From Vicugna vicugna (Eukaryota), in contig MU058337.1 of assembly GCA_013265495.1 (NCBI GenBank), positions 808,001 through 872,000 on the forward strand: a stretch of DNA of 64,000 bases. Direction: 5' to 3'. Below, piece by piece: positions 24,631-37,674 of the stretch (the first letter of the stretch is position 1; each line of letters begins with the position of its first letter). The notes beneath the pieces were generated by a model. It was not told where the DNA came from. It saw only the letters and a list, made by a program, of their open reading frames with translations, and ran no database searches. The position numbers were made by a program, and so were the translations under genes.

Positions 24631-25978
24631 ATATTTTGTATATATTTTTAAGTTTTTTTAAAGCTAAAGATTTTTAAGCTATTATGTTTATGTAACATGT
24701 TTATATTTATAAAATCGCTGTCGTTTTTAATTCTACAGTGCTGTCATGTTGCAGGAGTTTAAAAATTAAGTTCCAAGGTGAAGCAAATCTCATTCTCATC
24801 TAATGTAATAATAATCATTGGCTCCAAACTCTTCAAACAAAAATTGCATAGTTTAAAAACATTATTCTAGTCTTAAAATAATCTGAAGTTTATTTTAAAT
24901 TGTAGTTACTTCCCTTCAAGGCCTATATTTGTATCTACAGATAAAAAAGGTAACAACTGCCCTTTATAATTGTTGCTTTAGTTGTTTTAATAAATCAGAT
25001 TTCTGTATTACAGGTAGAAATCTGATTAAATTAAAACCAAGGAAATATTGCATTTCATCAAATCAAACAGACCATCAATTATGGGACTAAGAAAAACACA
25101 GACAAAATGTGACAAGCTATTGATTTTATTACACAACTAGACTTCAGAAGTGTTAGGATGTAATGGGTGAAGTTGCCTTAGAATCAAAGAAATAAGAGAT
25201 TTCTATGCATTTTTACCTAAGTTAGCTTAAAGCTTTCATCATGCTCACTGTATAATGTTCCCTCGCCCATTCCTGAACTGACAGGTCTTGAGTAAGCTTG
25301 CGACGTGAATGCATGATGCTGGTGAGTGAAAGCAGACTGTCTGTGCGGTGTACTTGTACACGGGACCTGTGTGCGTTTAGGAGTTAGACGCTAATCCAAT
25401 TACCCGACCAGTAAATGTAAAACCTGACACTGTAGAACCATTTAGTGGGATTGCCCTCAGCGTGGAGTAAGGGGAGACCTCTCTGGGAGAGTGACATAGA
25501 GCATGATTTACATTTTAAATTACTGTTCATGGTGAACTTAACCACCTTGGCTGGGGAACTGCCCTGGGGCTGGTTTTGCTCATATTCTTTTATTTCTTGC
25601 CTCTCTAAATCCCCAGATTTGTCTTCTAAGCAGGTCCACTATCCATTCCCCATGTGTATCTGGGCCAAAATGCATCTCTGTTTTCTCAGGATGGTTATTC
25701 TAGACCACTCCCTAAGTTCTTGCTGAAAGTTCATTCAATATATACTTTTTATTAATTATTCTGATTAAAAGGTTTATTTATTTCTCATCCATTCTGTGAA
25801 ATGTGGCTGCCCACCTTACTTACGATGAGACAATGTAGCTTCTCTCTCTTTTTCTGTTCCCGTTTTTCTTACTTGAATGTTCTCTGTCCTATTTGAATTC
25901 TCTGCTAGACTGTAGACTTAGGAGGATATTATAAAACTTCTTTTGTTGAAAAGCAACATCCCTGTTGGGGTCCCTGAG

Positions 25979-26426
25979 TGTATTATTTAGAATTCTCTTG
26001 AAAAAGAGAACTAGTAGAATGTGTGTGTGTGAGAGAGAGAGAGCGAGAGAGAGAGAGATTTTAAGGACTTGGCTCACATAGTTGTGAAGGCTGGCAAGTC
26101 CTAAATCTGCTGGACAGGCTGGCAGGCAGGAGGCCAGGGAAGAGTTAATGTTGCAATCTTGGGTCCAAAGGCAGTCTCCTGGCAGAATTCCCTCTTCCTG
26201 AGGGTACTGCAGTCTTCTTCTCTTAAGATCTTCAACTAGTTGGGTGAGCCCCACCCACATTACGGAGCATCAACTGCTTTGCCCAAAGTCTACTGCTACT
26301 TTGTCTACTGATTCAGAAGTGAATGTCATGTAACGAATACCTTCCTGGTAACATCTAGACGGACATTTGGCCAAACATCTAGGCACTATACCCTGGCCAA
26401 GCACACACATAAAGTTAACCTCCATG
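25979..26426 (-). mobile_element. MLT2-type ERVL solo LTR with 5-bp TSD
   Basis: 'ttggctcacatagttgtgaaggctggcaagtcc', 'gcagaattccctcttcct' and 'ggccaagcacacacataaagttaacc' match MLT2. It has an internal (TG)n(GA)n tract. TSD CTGAG at 25974-25978 and 26427-26431. Confidence 0.88.
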
Positions 26427-27761
26427 CTGAGATCATCAGTTTCAGAAATAAGGATGATGGAACACTTTCCACATGGCCTAAGTCCGCAGCCTCTACTTCC
26501 ACCAAAGCTCATGGTATTTCTGTGATTTCATCAGCTAGAACCATGTAAAAATCACAGTGTCATGGAACAGAGGATCCCGCTCAAAAGTCCTGATCCTCCC
26601 AGGCCCCTGTCAGATAGTTCCTTTGATGAGAAGGGTTGTGTGTACTGTTAATTAGACCCACTCAGTCCTTCCCTTAAGCCCCCAGAGCACTTCACACATT
26701 CTCTCCCCCGGATTTCCACTTTCACTGCTGCGCTGGAGACTTAGACTGAGGGTGGTGTGTCTGTCACCCTTTACCACCCCTCAGTAACTTTCACCTAATA
26801 GGTGCTTGATAGATCATTTTAATGGAATTACAGAATCAACTAAAAAGTCAAATTCAGTGTGTGTCTGTCTATATGCTCTGGAGTGAAGTAACATAGATAA
26901 TGGTTGGCTCTGTATGATCACTTTTATTTGATAATAACCTGTTTTTAATAGAAAAGAAAATATCACTAGGTTTTCTTTTTCCCATTAGCATTTGAAAAGA
27001 CAGCAAAAAAGACTTTTAGACTATTTATCGTTTCAGGTAGATCATTGTCACAAAGATTTATTTGTAGCGAACTGTTTCAAGGTAATATTTCATTCATTAG
27101 GAATTTTAGGGCAATTTTCAGTGGCAGAAAAAGTTTCATGGTAGGAAATCCATTCAACTAGGTACAAATGAACACTTTTCTGGGGGCTTTCTCCTGACAT
27201 CAGAAACATAATGCAGTTAATTTCTAATTGCACTAATGAAACTTTTAACCATCAATCTGACTGCTATGTTCGTCAGATCAGTTTAAATGTAAATAATTAA
27301 AGATAAGATCTCCATTTTCAAAGAAGCGGACGCAGAATCTCTTTGGATGGTTGAGAGGACCAGTTTTCAGTTCCTGGTCTTCAGCAACATCAAGGGTTAC
27401 TTCACTCTCAAGTGACCCAAGCCCTTCCCTCTCATTTGTTTTATTTTTGGAATATTTTTCAAGAACATAGTAGAATTTGTAGGTATGTTCAGTCAGCGAA
27501 TATGCGAATGCCTTTATCAGTATGTTTTGTTTAAAATCAGAAATTTAATGGCAATCTTAGAGCTCTGATTTATCTCGTATAACCTCTATTCAGGGTCTAA
27601 AATACTTCATTTTAAGACCAGAATGACAAGTACAGTAGGCCGTTCATTTAAGCAGATTGAACTGTTCTATAGAGACCCTGAAGATTTGTGCCATGTAGCA
27701 ATTTGGAATTTTACTGAAGAACAAACTGGAGTCAAAATACTGCAGGGCAAATATGCTAGGA

Positions 27762-27825
27762 TGATTTAGCTAATGAATGACTTAGCAGATGAGTGACTTA
27801 GCAAATGAGTGATTTAGCTAATGAG
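27762..27825. repeat. Tandem repeat, 4 x 16 bp (TGAYTTAGCWRATGAR)
   Basis: tgatttagctaatgaa / tgacttagcagatgag / tgacttagcaaatgag / tgatttagctaatgag, contiguous with no spacers. Confidence 0.92.
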
Positions 27826-29559
27826 TAAGCTTAACCTCCAGAGAGGAAAGGTCAGTGTCGTTATTAGAAGAGGATCTCTGAAGTCATGGGGCTTGGTTTC
27901 AGCCCAGCTCCTCCACTCCCCAGCCACGGGCCCACCTACCTGACCTCCCTGAGCTCCCCCGTCCCCCTGTGCGGTGGGACCGTACCAGCACGAATGCTTA
28001 GTTTTCAATAACCCCAAATTGGCTTTGACGTTATGTCTCTGTTTCAAGTAAAGTAATTCCCCTCCACTGAGTAGTATATGTAGTTCTTTATGAAAATTAG
28101 ACTCTTTGAAATATATATTTATTTCTCCCCCTGCACTACATAATGCCAGAAATTCTTTAAACAGTTCACCTTCCTGAGTTTCAGTCTTATACTTGGTGTT
28201 GCAAACACTTTTCATGAAGGTAAAACAGAGAAAAAAACAAGAAGAGAGAGAAAAAAAATTGAAAGTAATTGTGCTTGACTTTTGAAAAATGATTCATTCT
28301 TTCCACAATATTGATTTCCTCCTGAGTTCTTAAAAATTATCCACTTTGACTTTAAAAAGTTACTGGCAAGTTTCAAATACATGACCGTCACATTTCACGT
28401 CTAAAAGGTTGTTTTGCAATAGGTTTAAACTGTAGGAACATAATTTCCCTCTTGAAAGTCTGGCTAATAACTGGTGATGGACATAATTAGAAAGGAAGCG
28501 TTAGCTACTCCTGTTTCCAAGTTTTTTTTCTTCTTCTTTTTTGTTTTGTTTTTTGTTGTTGTTGTTTCTGGAGCAGATCTCACTTAAAACCCCACCTAGC
28601 AGTTTAATTCAGTTTAGAAATAAACTGTTTAATAATTCTAATCACCAAAGAGCAGAATGTAACAGTTATAAAAGTGGAAACATAGAGAATATATGCCAGT
28701 GACAAACGTATCTGTTGAAAATAAGCAGGAGTAAAGTGGGCATAATTAGGCAGAATGGGTCTCCTTTGACAGATATGTTAAAATAATGCAACTATTTCAC
28801 AATATAGGAGATGCTTTTAATATCGGCATTTCTTTAATGTGAGCATAAAACTAATACAAGACAGAGATATTATGTAGCAAACGTTTTGTAAGAGGCTAAT
28901 AGTTACCCTGTCAGGAGTTTTGAAATTCCCAAAAGACATATCTTGATTGTACATTAGATATCGTGAGGATTTTTCATTTTCAGTTCGTATACTTGGGTAT
29001 CTAAGGTGCTTTGAAACACTAGAGGGCCTTGGCAAGGAGGGAGGAGATGGGCAAGGAAGTGGGGCGGCTGGTCCTCGCCTGGTTCAATGCACCGACTTGA
29101 AGGGCGTCTTCTACAGAAGGCTGGAACTGCCAGCATCAGCGGGTCCTTTGACACTCAGAACTCACTTGAATGAAAAAGTGACTTTGATGTGAAGGATTTT
29201 TAACCCTCCTTCTCTGCCAGGTACTCCCTCCATATGATGAAACTCTGGAGAAACTTTTGAACTGTGACTTTCTTAAAAAGTCAGAAATTATTTGATTGTA
29301 GTACCTGGAGTGAATATATTTGTTTCTAAAGATCTTGTGTTTTTCTCAAATATGTATTTTTAGAATGTCATACAACTGTAAAACCTATTTATATAACAGT
29401 GAGCTTTTTTTGTGATGAATTGTTACTAATCTAAGGTTTAAGTGAAAACAAACAAACAAAAAGCTGAGTTTCTTTAATTTCCCCAGTTAAGCAAGAAGAA
29501 AATATAATAAAAACTTAATAAAAGTAAATATAAACATTTAACCATAAGGAAGAGAGTAA

Positions 29560-30033
29560 TGTGAACAAAAAATACTGCAAACCCTATCAGTGAACAAAGA
29601 ATGCTGAAGCCATCAAGTCACCAGTGGCTGTCACCCCCCCCCCCCCAGTGAGGACAAGCCTACAGCCCAGCCTCTGCAGCTACTCACAGTGGTGCACCCT
29701 GAGGGGACTCAGGGTGAGAAAGGACAGGACACTGGCCCTAGATAGCTCGTGCTTGTCAAAGGAATGAATTCAATGAGCCCAAATGTTTGCTTCCTCCCAT
29801 ACATACAAAAGCACTAAATTCTTTAACTTGAGATGCCTGGTTTTCATTAGGTAACAAGTAATCTTTTATTGTTCCAAAGCCTTGCTGTAAAGCTCATATA
29901 TATCCTAGCTCCTCCCCTACCTCTTCGGAGCAGTCCCTCAGAGCCATCTGAGAGGCTGTCATCCCGGCTTGAGTCCTCCCATCAAATAAAACGTAGCTTT
30001 CACCTTTTAGGCTCACATTTATTTCAGTTGACA
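29560..30033 (+). mobile_element. ERV1-type solo LTR (474 bp) with 4-bp TSD
   Basis: TG...CA termini flanked by GTAA at 29556-29559 and 30034-30037. TATA-like catatatatc at about 29896 and AATAAA at 29985-29990. Confidence 0.85.
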
Positions 30034-30039
30034 GTAAGG

Positions 30040-30255
30040 ATAGCATCGTGGTTTAAACACAGACTCAAAAATCAAACTTCTTGCTTAGGTTTTTCTCTGT
30101 TACTTAAGCAATTTCCGTAATTGCTCTGTTCTCTCTCTTTCTGAATCTGCACAATGAAAATAGTGATTTATTGCCAACCTCATAGTGTTTTGTGAATCTT
30201 AAGCAAATGAACACAAAGAACAAAGCCTACCACTTGGTAAACATTCAATACATAA
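30040..30255 (+). mobile_element. MIR SINE
   Basis: 'tagcatcgtggtttaaacacagact...atctgcacaatgaaaatagtg...acctcatagtgttttgtgaat...ttggtaaacattcaata'. Confidence 0.6.
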
Positions 30256-30533
30256 TGGAAAATATGATTACCTACAGTCTCACATAGGCCTCCTTTACCT
30301 TGCTTGATACATTATATTGCATTTGTAAGTAATCTGAAGCATTGTGTTTTGAGGCTTTCCAAATATTCATAAACTAGTTTGAATAATTAATTAGATTATG
30401 CTGAATTCTCTGAGGAAATAAAAATAAGGTCCAAATAGAAATGAAAATCACATTTCAGAATCTTAACATTCATTTCAACAAGGATGTTTGAGTTGTGCGT
30501 TAAAAATGTACATTTTTCATGTGAGAAAATGAA

Positions 30534-31104
30534 TGCTGAGCAGCCAGTACCTAAAAGATCAAGCTGAAGCAAAAATTGCACTGATGAGGTTAAGCAGGCC
30601 AGGATGACTTTATTCAAGGCTCCGGCAGGAGGGGACCGAGGCCAGAACCCAGCATGAGCTCAGCTTGCTGCAACAGAAGGCAGAGGGTTCTTAGGGCTGG
30701 GGGCAGGGATCCGGGTTTTAGGCTGAGTGTTCTGATTGTCCTTCCCCAGGAGAAGAACAAACTTTCCACGACGGCAGGTGCTGTTACAGCTTGTAGGTAG
30801 CCTGGGGTGGGGGGCGGTAAGTCCCCTCCCCTCCCATGGAGACTGGGAGGTGGGGGCGCTGTCTACCCTGATGATTACATTTTGAAGGGAGGGCCCCCAG
30901 TACAAGAGGAAGACATTCCTGGGTTGTAGAAGTGGTGAGAAACTTTCACAAAGATTTACACATCAAAGGAGCAGAGAAAGAATTTCAATGACAAATTTTC
31001 TAAAGTAAATGCTCCAAGAAAAAGGAGGCCTGGGGCCTAGAGTCAGGAAGAAGCCTGTCTGAAGCTTTGCCACGAAGGGAATTTTAAGCCCGCCTTGGCC
31101 AACA
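30534..31104 (-). mobile_element. ERV1 LTR (MER31-like)
   Basis: 'gatgattacatttt', 'gacattcctgggttgta' and 'ttttctaaagtaaatgctc...ggggcctagagtcaggaagaagcctgtct' recalled as MER31 consensus blocks; antisense poly(A) signal 'tttatt' at about 30609. Confidence 0.7.
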
Positions 31105-31547
31105 CCAGACTAGCCTGTTGACGGAACAAAGCTTAGCTCATTACCTCCGCGTGGGCGAGAACATTACAGGCTTTCGGCCGTGTGAGAAGGGGGACTCTTG
31201 GGCTGATATTTGTGGGCTTTGGACTCCGATTTAAGATGAATTCTCAGTGCAGGGTCTGGATGAGAGCAGGCCCAGTTCATATCACTGTAGCTAAGGATTG
31301 CTGGACCCAGAAGGGTGAGTGTCTTGAAGCAAGTATTTATAAATAAATAGTTGCTTCGTTAGAGAAGAGGGATGTTTGAGCAGTCAGTTGGTTTAGGAAA
31401 AGTTCCTGAAGCAACGAGGTTATGTACTGGCCTACAGCCTTATCTTCCAGGAGCAAGAATTTGCTGAAACAGCTGATAAAGTCATGTTGATATAGAAGAA
31501 CTAAATCTTGGACCGGGAATTAAACTGTGGAATGCCTTGTGGTCTCA
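31105..31547 (-). mobile_element. Older LTR remnant (ERV1, possibly MER110-like)
   Basis: LTR-like sequence ('ccttatcttccaggagcaagaattt...aaagtcatgttgat') ending in ...ggtctca; subfamily uncertain. Confidence 0.5.
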
Positions 31548-33569
31548 TTTCTCAGTAGTTAATTGAATATTCAGCATTCAACTACAGTCTTTTTGGAAAT
31601 AAACTAGGACACAAAGATGGTTTTCATTCATTTTGTTGGATTTGTTTCTTGATTCGGTTTTCCTGCCTGAACATGTCGTTAGTGAGAGCCCCAAGCGTCA
31701 CGTGAAAATACCTTTTAGGGTTACATTAATGTGACGTGTTTTTAAGGGAATAGTTGTCCATTGAAGTGCTCCAGCTACTCTCCTAAATTGTTTGTTGACT
31801 TACAAGTTAATTGATTCCCGAGTTCCTACGTAACTCTTGGCTCATTACAAGGACACTTGTATTAATTGGCCCAGCAGAGGGTCTCTGCTATTATCTCTGC
31901 TGCCAGAGAATCTCTACCAGGTGAGTTCATTTAGGGATTTGAACTTAAATCTATGATTGTAGCCCAATGACACTGAATGCAAAAATCTCAACACTAAATG
32001 CTTAAATTGAGATGTACTTATAAACAAAATTAATAAAATGTCCAAAAGGTATCTGTACTTTCATAGTGCTGTATGAAAGGTTAAACGTTTTGGGTTTGAT
32101 AATGTCCAAATACAAGAGAAATATTTTAGAGTTCTTACTCTTAGAAAGAGCATTAATTTGCTTATATTTAAAACAATGGGATTAACTTTATATCCTTTTT
32201 AAAGGACTATATACCTTTGTAGCCAATTTTAATTTAATCTAAATGAGTTTTCTCTTACGTTTTATGTATGAGAAAAAATATGCTCAAGTGGGTAAGGACA
32301 TGGTCAGATAGTTGACAGGGGAAATAAAAAATTCTAAATCAGTGTATTATAGCTCTTGACTCCACATAGACTTCCAGTCATTTTACAGCCACTTTCTTTG
32401 GTGGGTGGTTCACAATTCAAAATTCAGGGGTCAAGACCACTAAATCTGTATCTGTAAAATGTCAAATCCAACATGAAATTGCCTGCTACCTGTAAGGACA
32501 GAGCTTTCTTTTTAACGCAAGGATGCCACCCCAAACGTAACTGTGGTATTCCTAAAAGCTTTCCTTTTTGACGTATTTATTCCCTTCAGAGATTCAGTGT
32601 GTAGACTGGGTACTAATTCATCTCCCCAAAATGTGGTTGTCTGCAGGCATGGCATCTCCTCTTCTCAGGAGTCCACCCCCAGCAGCAGCCAGTGTCAGAG
32701 ACTTATAGGATATTGGACTGCTTTCTTTTTCATTCCTCGTAGCATTTCTGCCCTTTGTCTGTTAAAAAGAACACAGGGAAATGTGTATTTTTGCACTGGG
32801 CGAAGGCTTCGGGTGTGTGTTTCTCCATCTTTGAGTTCCTGCACGGTGTTTGTTGAACAACTCTCGATAAAGAACTTCTGCGAGGCAATCATTTCTCCCT
32901 CAAGCTCGATTACTTTCTGATTTAATTGTGTCCATTTAATTGAACTCTAAGAGACTATAACTTCCTTGAGAATTTCTTCAGCAGGTTCTAAAATAAAATT
33001 AGGTTATAGTTATAATTATTTTCATTACTTGGCTCTTCGAGGGCATCTTTAATATATTGATTTGAGGAATAAATTTTTATTATCCTAAGAATCTACAATA
33101 AACCCTGTGCCAGGAACACCAGGCATTGGATCACTTTATGGGTAATTAGCACCTTGTGTGTGAAAGCAAAATGCTATTGTGTATGGAACCAAAGAGCATT
33201 GTGTCTTCCACACGTACGCAGTGAACGAGAGCTGGATTTGAACGTATGGCTCAAAGGATCACTGCCCAGCAATTTGTGTGTCTCTCAAGTTTCAACTTTT
33301 CCCTTGTCCTCTCTCAAAAGTTAGGGCTGCTCCTCATTCTCTAATGAAAACCTCTGGTTCCATTTTTCTGGATGGTGGTGACTTCAAATACTGTGCCTAG
33401 AAAGCCAAGGGTTTGTCTCTCGGCCCCTCAGGCAAGGTGAATAGCTTTATCATCAGGGTTTGGAGAAGAGTGGCTTAATGTCAAAATGCCATAATCCGCC
33501 TGCCCCATATAGTTCTTGACCAACAGTTTTCCAGCTCTGTGGTTATTTTTCCTTCTTGATCATAAACTA

Positions 33570-33987
33570 TCTGTTCCTTAATATTCAAATTACAAAAACT
33601 ACATACTCTGCAAAACCTCGATTGATATAAAAACATACAAAATATAATGTGAAAGTTGCCCCTCAAATTATCCAGGAAAACTCTTATTCATAATTTGATA
33701 TTGCCCTTTTGTGTGTGTGTAAATATGGCTGTGTGTGTATATATATGTGTGTGTGTTTATATATATATATGCCTTATAAATAACATACAATTATATAAAA
33801 AATTTTTGAATCAAAGGTATTTCATGGGCATCTCTTTATAATTGATAGTCATCTTACTACTGTTCATGCCTGCATCATATTCCTTTGCATGTGTGTAAAA
33901 TATTTCATTTAACTATTTATTGATCACTGACGTTTTTCCAGCTTCCACAGTTTTATAATTAGTGCTTCAATAAATATTCTTGTACAT
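33570..33987 (-). mobile_element. Old L1 (L1ME-type) 3' fragment with (TG/TA)n tract
   Basis: 'ctgcatcatattcc...tttaacta...tttccag...gcttcaataaatattcttgtaca' antisense L1ME motif. Confidence 0.6.
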
Positions 33988-34288
33988 TGTCCTTGTCCGC
34001 TTGGGGGATGCTGTAACAAAAAAACACAGACTGGGTGGCTTAAATACTAGATATTTATTTTTCACGGTCCTGGAGGCTGGGAGATCAAGGTGCCAGCAGA
34101 TTCAGTTCCTAGGAGGAGCCTCTTCCTTGCTTGCAGACAGCCACCTTCTTGCTGTCTTCACATGGTGGGCAAGAGAGAGAGAGGGAAAGAAACAAAGAAA
34201 GACAGAGAGAAGGAGCATATTCTGGTCTCTTCACATAAAGGCACTGATCTCATGTGAGGGCTCCACCCTTATGACCTCATCCAAATTA
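33988..34288 (-). mobile_element. MLT1 (MaLR) LTR, truncated
   Basis: 'gctgtaacaaa..cacagactgggtggcttaaa...cacggtcctggaggctggga..tcaaggtgccagcag...gagggctccacccttatgacctcat' MLT1A/B-type. Confidence 0.88.
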
Positions 34289-34289
34289 C

Positions 34290-34740
34290 AACAGGGAAGT
34301 TTGACTGCCTTCATCCAGTCCCCGCTTCCCCATTCCCTGCCTCTGCTAAACACAAATCTGATCCCTTTTTCTATGAGTTTGTTTGCAAGTTAGTTTGTTT
34401 TTGAGGCATACTTGACCTACAACACTATGTTAGCTTCTGTTACATGGCATAGTGGTTTGGTATTTCTAACCATTTCAAAAGGATAGGTGTTAACTCTTGT
34501 CTAAATGTTTGGTGGTATTCACCTGTGAAACCTTCTGATCTTGGGCATGTTTTTTTGGGGGGAGTTATTTTATTACTGATTCAGTTTCATTACTGGTAAT
34601 TGATCTGTTCATATTTGCTGTTTCTTCCTAGTTCAGTCTTGGGAGATTGCGTGTACATTTAGAAATTTGTCCATTTCTTCTAGGTTGTCCATTTTATTGG
34701 CATATAATTGTTCATAGTTATCTCTTGTGATGCTTTGTTA
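34290..34740 (-). mobile_element. LINE-1 fragments (3' UTR piece joined to an internal ORF2 piece)
   Basis: 34290-34480 resembles an L1 3' UTR. 34485-34735 ('tgtttggtggtattcacctgtgaaacc...ttcagtcttgggagattg...aatttgtccatttcttctaggttgtcca') is antisense L1 ORF2. Confidence 0.8.
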
Positions 34741-36569
34741 AGAGGTGTTTATTATATGTTTATTTTGTCCAGGAGTAGTAAGTGTATTTGGAGTTATAAA
34801 AATATATCTGGTCAGCTCTACCGCTGAAAATAAACGTCTATTCACAATGTTATTTCATTTTATTCTCATATTTTTCTTATAGTGGCTAGTGTTGAAATAA
34901 GGAAACTTAGGCACAAAATTTAGGTGGATTAACCACTCAGACCAGTGTGACAGATAATGAGCTGTGGCTCTAAATATTTACAGCAGCACAATCTCCACAC
35001 TTATTTCATTCTGGAGTTAAGAATCCTAAATGGAAAACCTGGATAAATGACGCTGACAGAGCAATCTGAGAGAACCTAGAAGCAGCTTCCACACCATCGC
35101 CCATCTGACCATGCGTTGACCCAACAGCCCCCAAACAGGAGAAAAATGGAGAAAACACCATTAAAAAAAAAAGAAGCACCTTTACAAGAAGTTCCAAAAA
35201 CACAGGTTACAAAGAGATTTTCTCCAACTCTTTCCAGGTGAACCCAGTATATGTGTATATATGTATATATGTGTATATATTTCCTATCTCATCCCAAGGA
35301 ATATACCTTTGAATCATCAAATAAACTGTCTCAGCCCCTGATTCCGCCTGGAGTTGAATGGACCAGACAACTCAAAATCTGGATTTTTATAAGCTATGTA
35401 TCTACTCTGGGCCACAAGGCGGGGCAACTGCTGGGCTCCTGGAGGCAAGAAGCTCCTTGGGCCGTTCTCTCTAGACCCTGCTTTGGGGATTCTTTGCACC
35501 CATCCCTCCAGGTCCATCTGTCTGGAGTCTCCATCTCCTGCCACGCAAACCATCCTTGCCCTTCTCACCTTGCCCTTTACAGTCCTGAACTTGCTCCCCA
35601 ATCTTCTGTCTAATCAAAAGCCGTGGCACAGTTTTAGGGTGCAGTGGGATCCCATTCCAGGTTTTGATTGGTGAAAACACACCGAAGTGTGTTTCAGCAG
35701 GAATGCATGAACACAGGAGGTGTGCCGCTGTGGGCAGAGGACTGACAGACCTCCAAGTCACTGTTCATCATGCTTTTCTGCGATGGAGTTTCCCTCAGAG
35801 CAGAGAGGACCAGGCAGCACTAAGACATGTGTAACAAGAGCTTGGATTAGGGGGGTACAGAAAGATTCAAGGGAAAAATGAGAAAAACATAAGGCTTACA
35901 AAGGATGCTGAGCAAAAATAGTAAACAGAAAGACATCAAAATAACTATGCTATTTAACAACATAGAAATATTTAACAAAGCAAGAAAACCAAGAAATATT
36001 TAATAAATCAAAGTACCACATGTAATCCTTTTATAGTAAAGAAAAAAATCTAAATTAAAACCTTCTATGATCTTACCAAAGTTCCAGATATGTTTCATCA
36101 TAGAAGCTATAAATTAAAAAATTTATATATAAATCAGATGCTGTTTTTTTATCCTACAAATAAAACATGAAAAGTAAAGGTAATAAAAATGTAAATTTAA
36201 TAAAAAGGGCAAAGTGTGACTGTGGGGTCAATCCTTTGTGAAAAATAAGACCAAAGGCCACCTTATAATGACTAGAGAAGAGAGACGATCAAATAATTCC
36301 TGAATTATTTTACTTATTTAAAATGTCCCATTGCATTTATTTAAATCATGTGTGATTTCTCCAGATACACAAATTCTAAGTCTCGTAAGAATTCAGAGCT
36401 CACCATATGTCCATTCTTCCAGCTCCCCAGTTTTGTCACTTCAATGTCACTTTGACTGTTTCCCCTGCTAACAATGTATATATCATCCATTCTATTGCCA
36501 AATAGTTCTCATTTAAATTTCATTCATTTTCCTGTGTAATGATAGTAATAGCCAGCTGTCACCTCGAGC

Positions 36570-36760
36570 TTGTTGTGAATCAGTCACTTTAGTCTGTCAT
36601 TTTTTAATGTGAATTGGGAAATGAAAGAACCTCTGTTTTGCATTCGGCCAAATAAACCCACGCAGGACGTCGATAACCTAGCCAAGGTGCCACCGCTTAG
36701 TGAGCTGCAGAGCTGGGAATCTCAGCCACTGGTCTGGATAAGAACATGGGTTTTGGTGTC
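36570..36760 (-). mobile_element. MIR fragment
   Basis: 'gataacctagccaaggtgccaccgcttagtgagctgcagagctgggaatctcagcc'. Confidence 0.55.
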
Positions 36761-37364
36761 AGACAAGTTCATAGCTCTTCTCTTACAACAATTTATGGTT
36801 GAAATGGTCGGTTTGTACATCAGTTTCCAGCTAGACTGTGAGCAGCCCAAGGGCAAGAACCGAGCCTTACTCAGCAGTACTCCGGGACAAGCCCCCATCC
36901 TGGTTTGATGTAAGGCTCATTAGCTACTTTTCCTGCTTTTGGGGGGATTCCTTTTCCTTTCCTTTCCCTCTTGCCTGTGTAAATACAATACATGCTCCTT
37001 CTCTTCTCTTCTGAACGTCCCTGAACCTATGAAAGCGCTCTGTTCTCCACAACCACCTGCCTCCGTAGCTCTGCACCACTGCTTTGTCATGGGTGATAAA
37101 CCTTATTTTCATACAGCACAACGATACCTGTGTATCTGTTTTGTCTTTCACTCTCCATTTATGCCTCTCAGTTGATAAACTTTTTGAAGGCAAAAACAAA
37201 AACAAAATCTTCCTTTCATCTTATTCAATGAACAAAATCCAAAATTTGACATGCATGTCTTTTTGTTCAGCGCAGTCCTTACGTCTCACTCTATTCTGTA
37301 CTCTCCTCCAGATGTTTACAGCTCCCTCAGTGGACCTTGTAGGCTGTGCCTCCACTCACCTGGG

Positions 37365-37570
37365 ATTGTGAGGAAACATGAGCTTTGGAGTCTAACAGAC
37401 CTAGATGGGAATCTTACATCCATCCCTTCTGTCTGTATGTTCTCCTCATCAGTAAACTGAACGTGATCATTCCTACATCAAGAGACACTAGGAAGAGTGA
37501 GTGAAATAATTGACAGAAAATCATGAAGCACTGATTCTGGGATGACTGAATACTCAGAAATGAGAGCTCC
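37365..37570 (+). mobile_element. MIR SINE
   Basis: 'catgagctttggagtctaacagacctagatgggaatc...tcctcatcagtaaactgaacgtgatcattcctac...tactcagaaatg'. Confidence 0.7.
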
Positions 37571-37674
37571 CTTCCTTTCCCCTTCAAGATTCAGATCACA
37601 CATCTCCTTCTAGCTGACGTCCCCTCTGAATTCCTAAGGAGAATTCTCCCTTTGTGCTCACCCACGTGCACATG

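Noticed and set aside
27762..27825. CRISPR-like array
   Set aside because: The units are contiguous with no unique spacers, there are no cas genes, and the DNA is mammalian.
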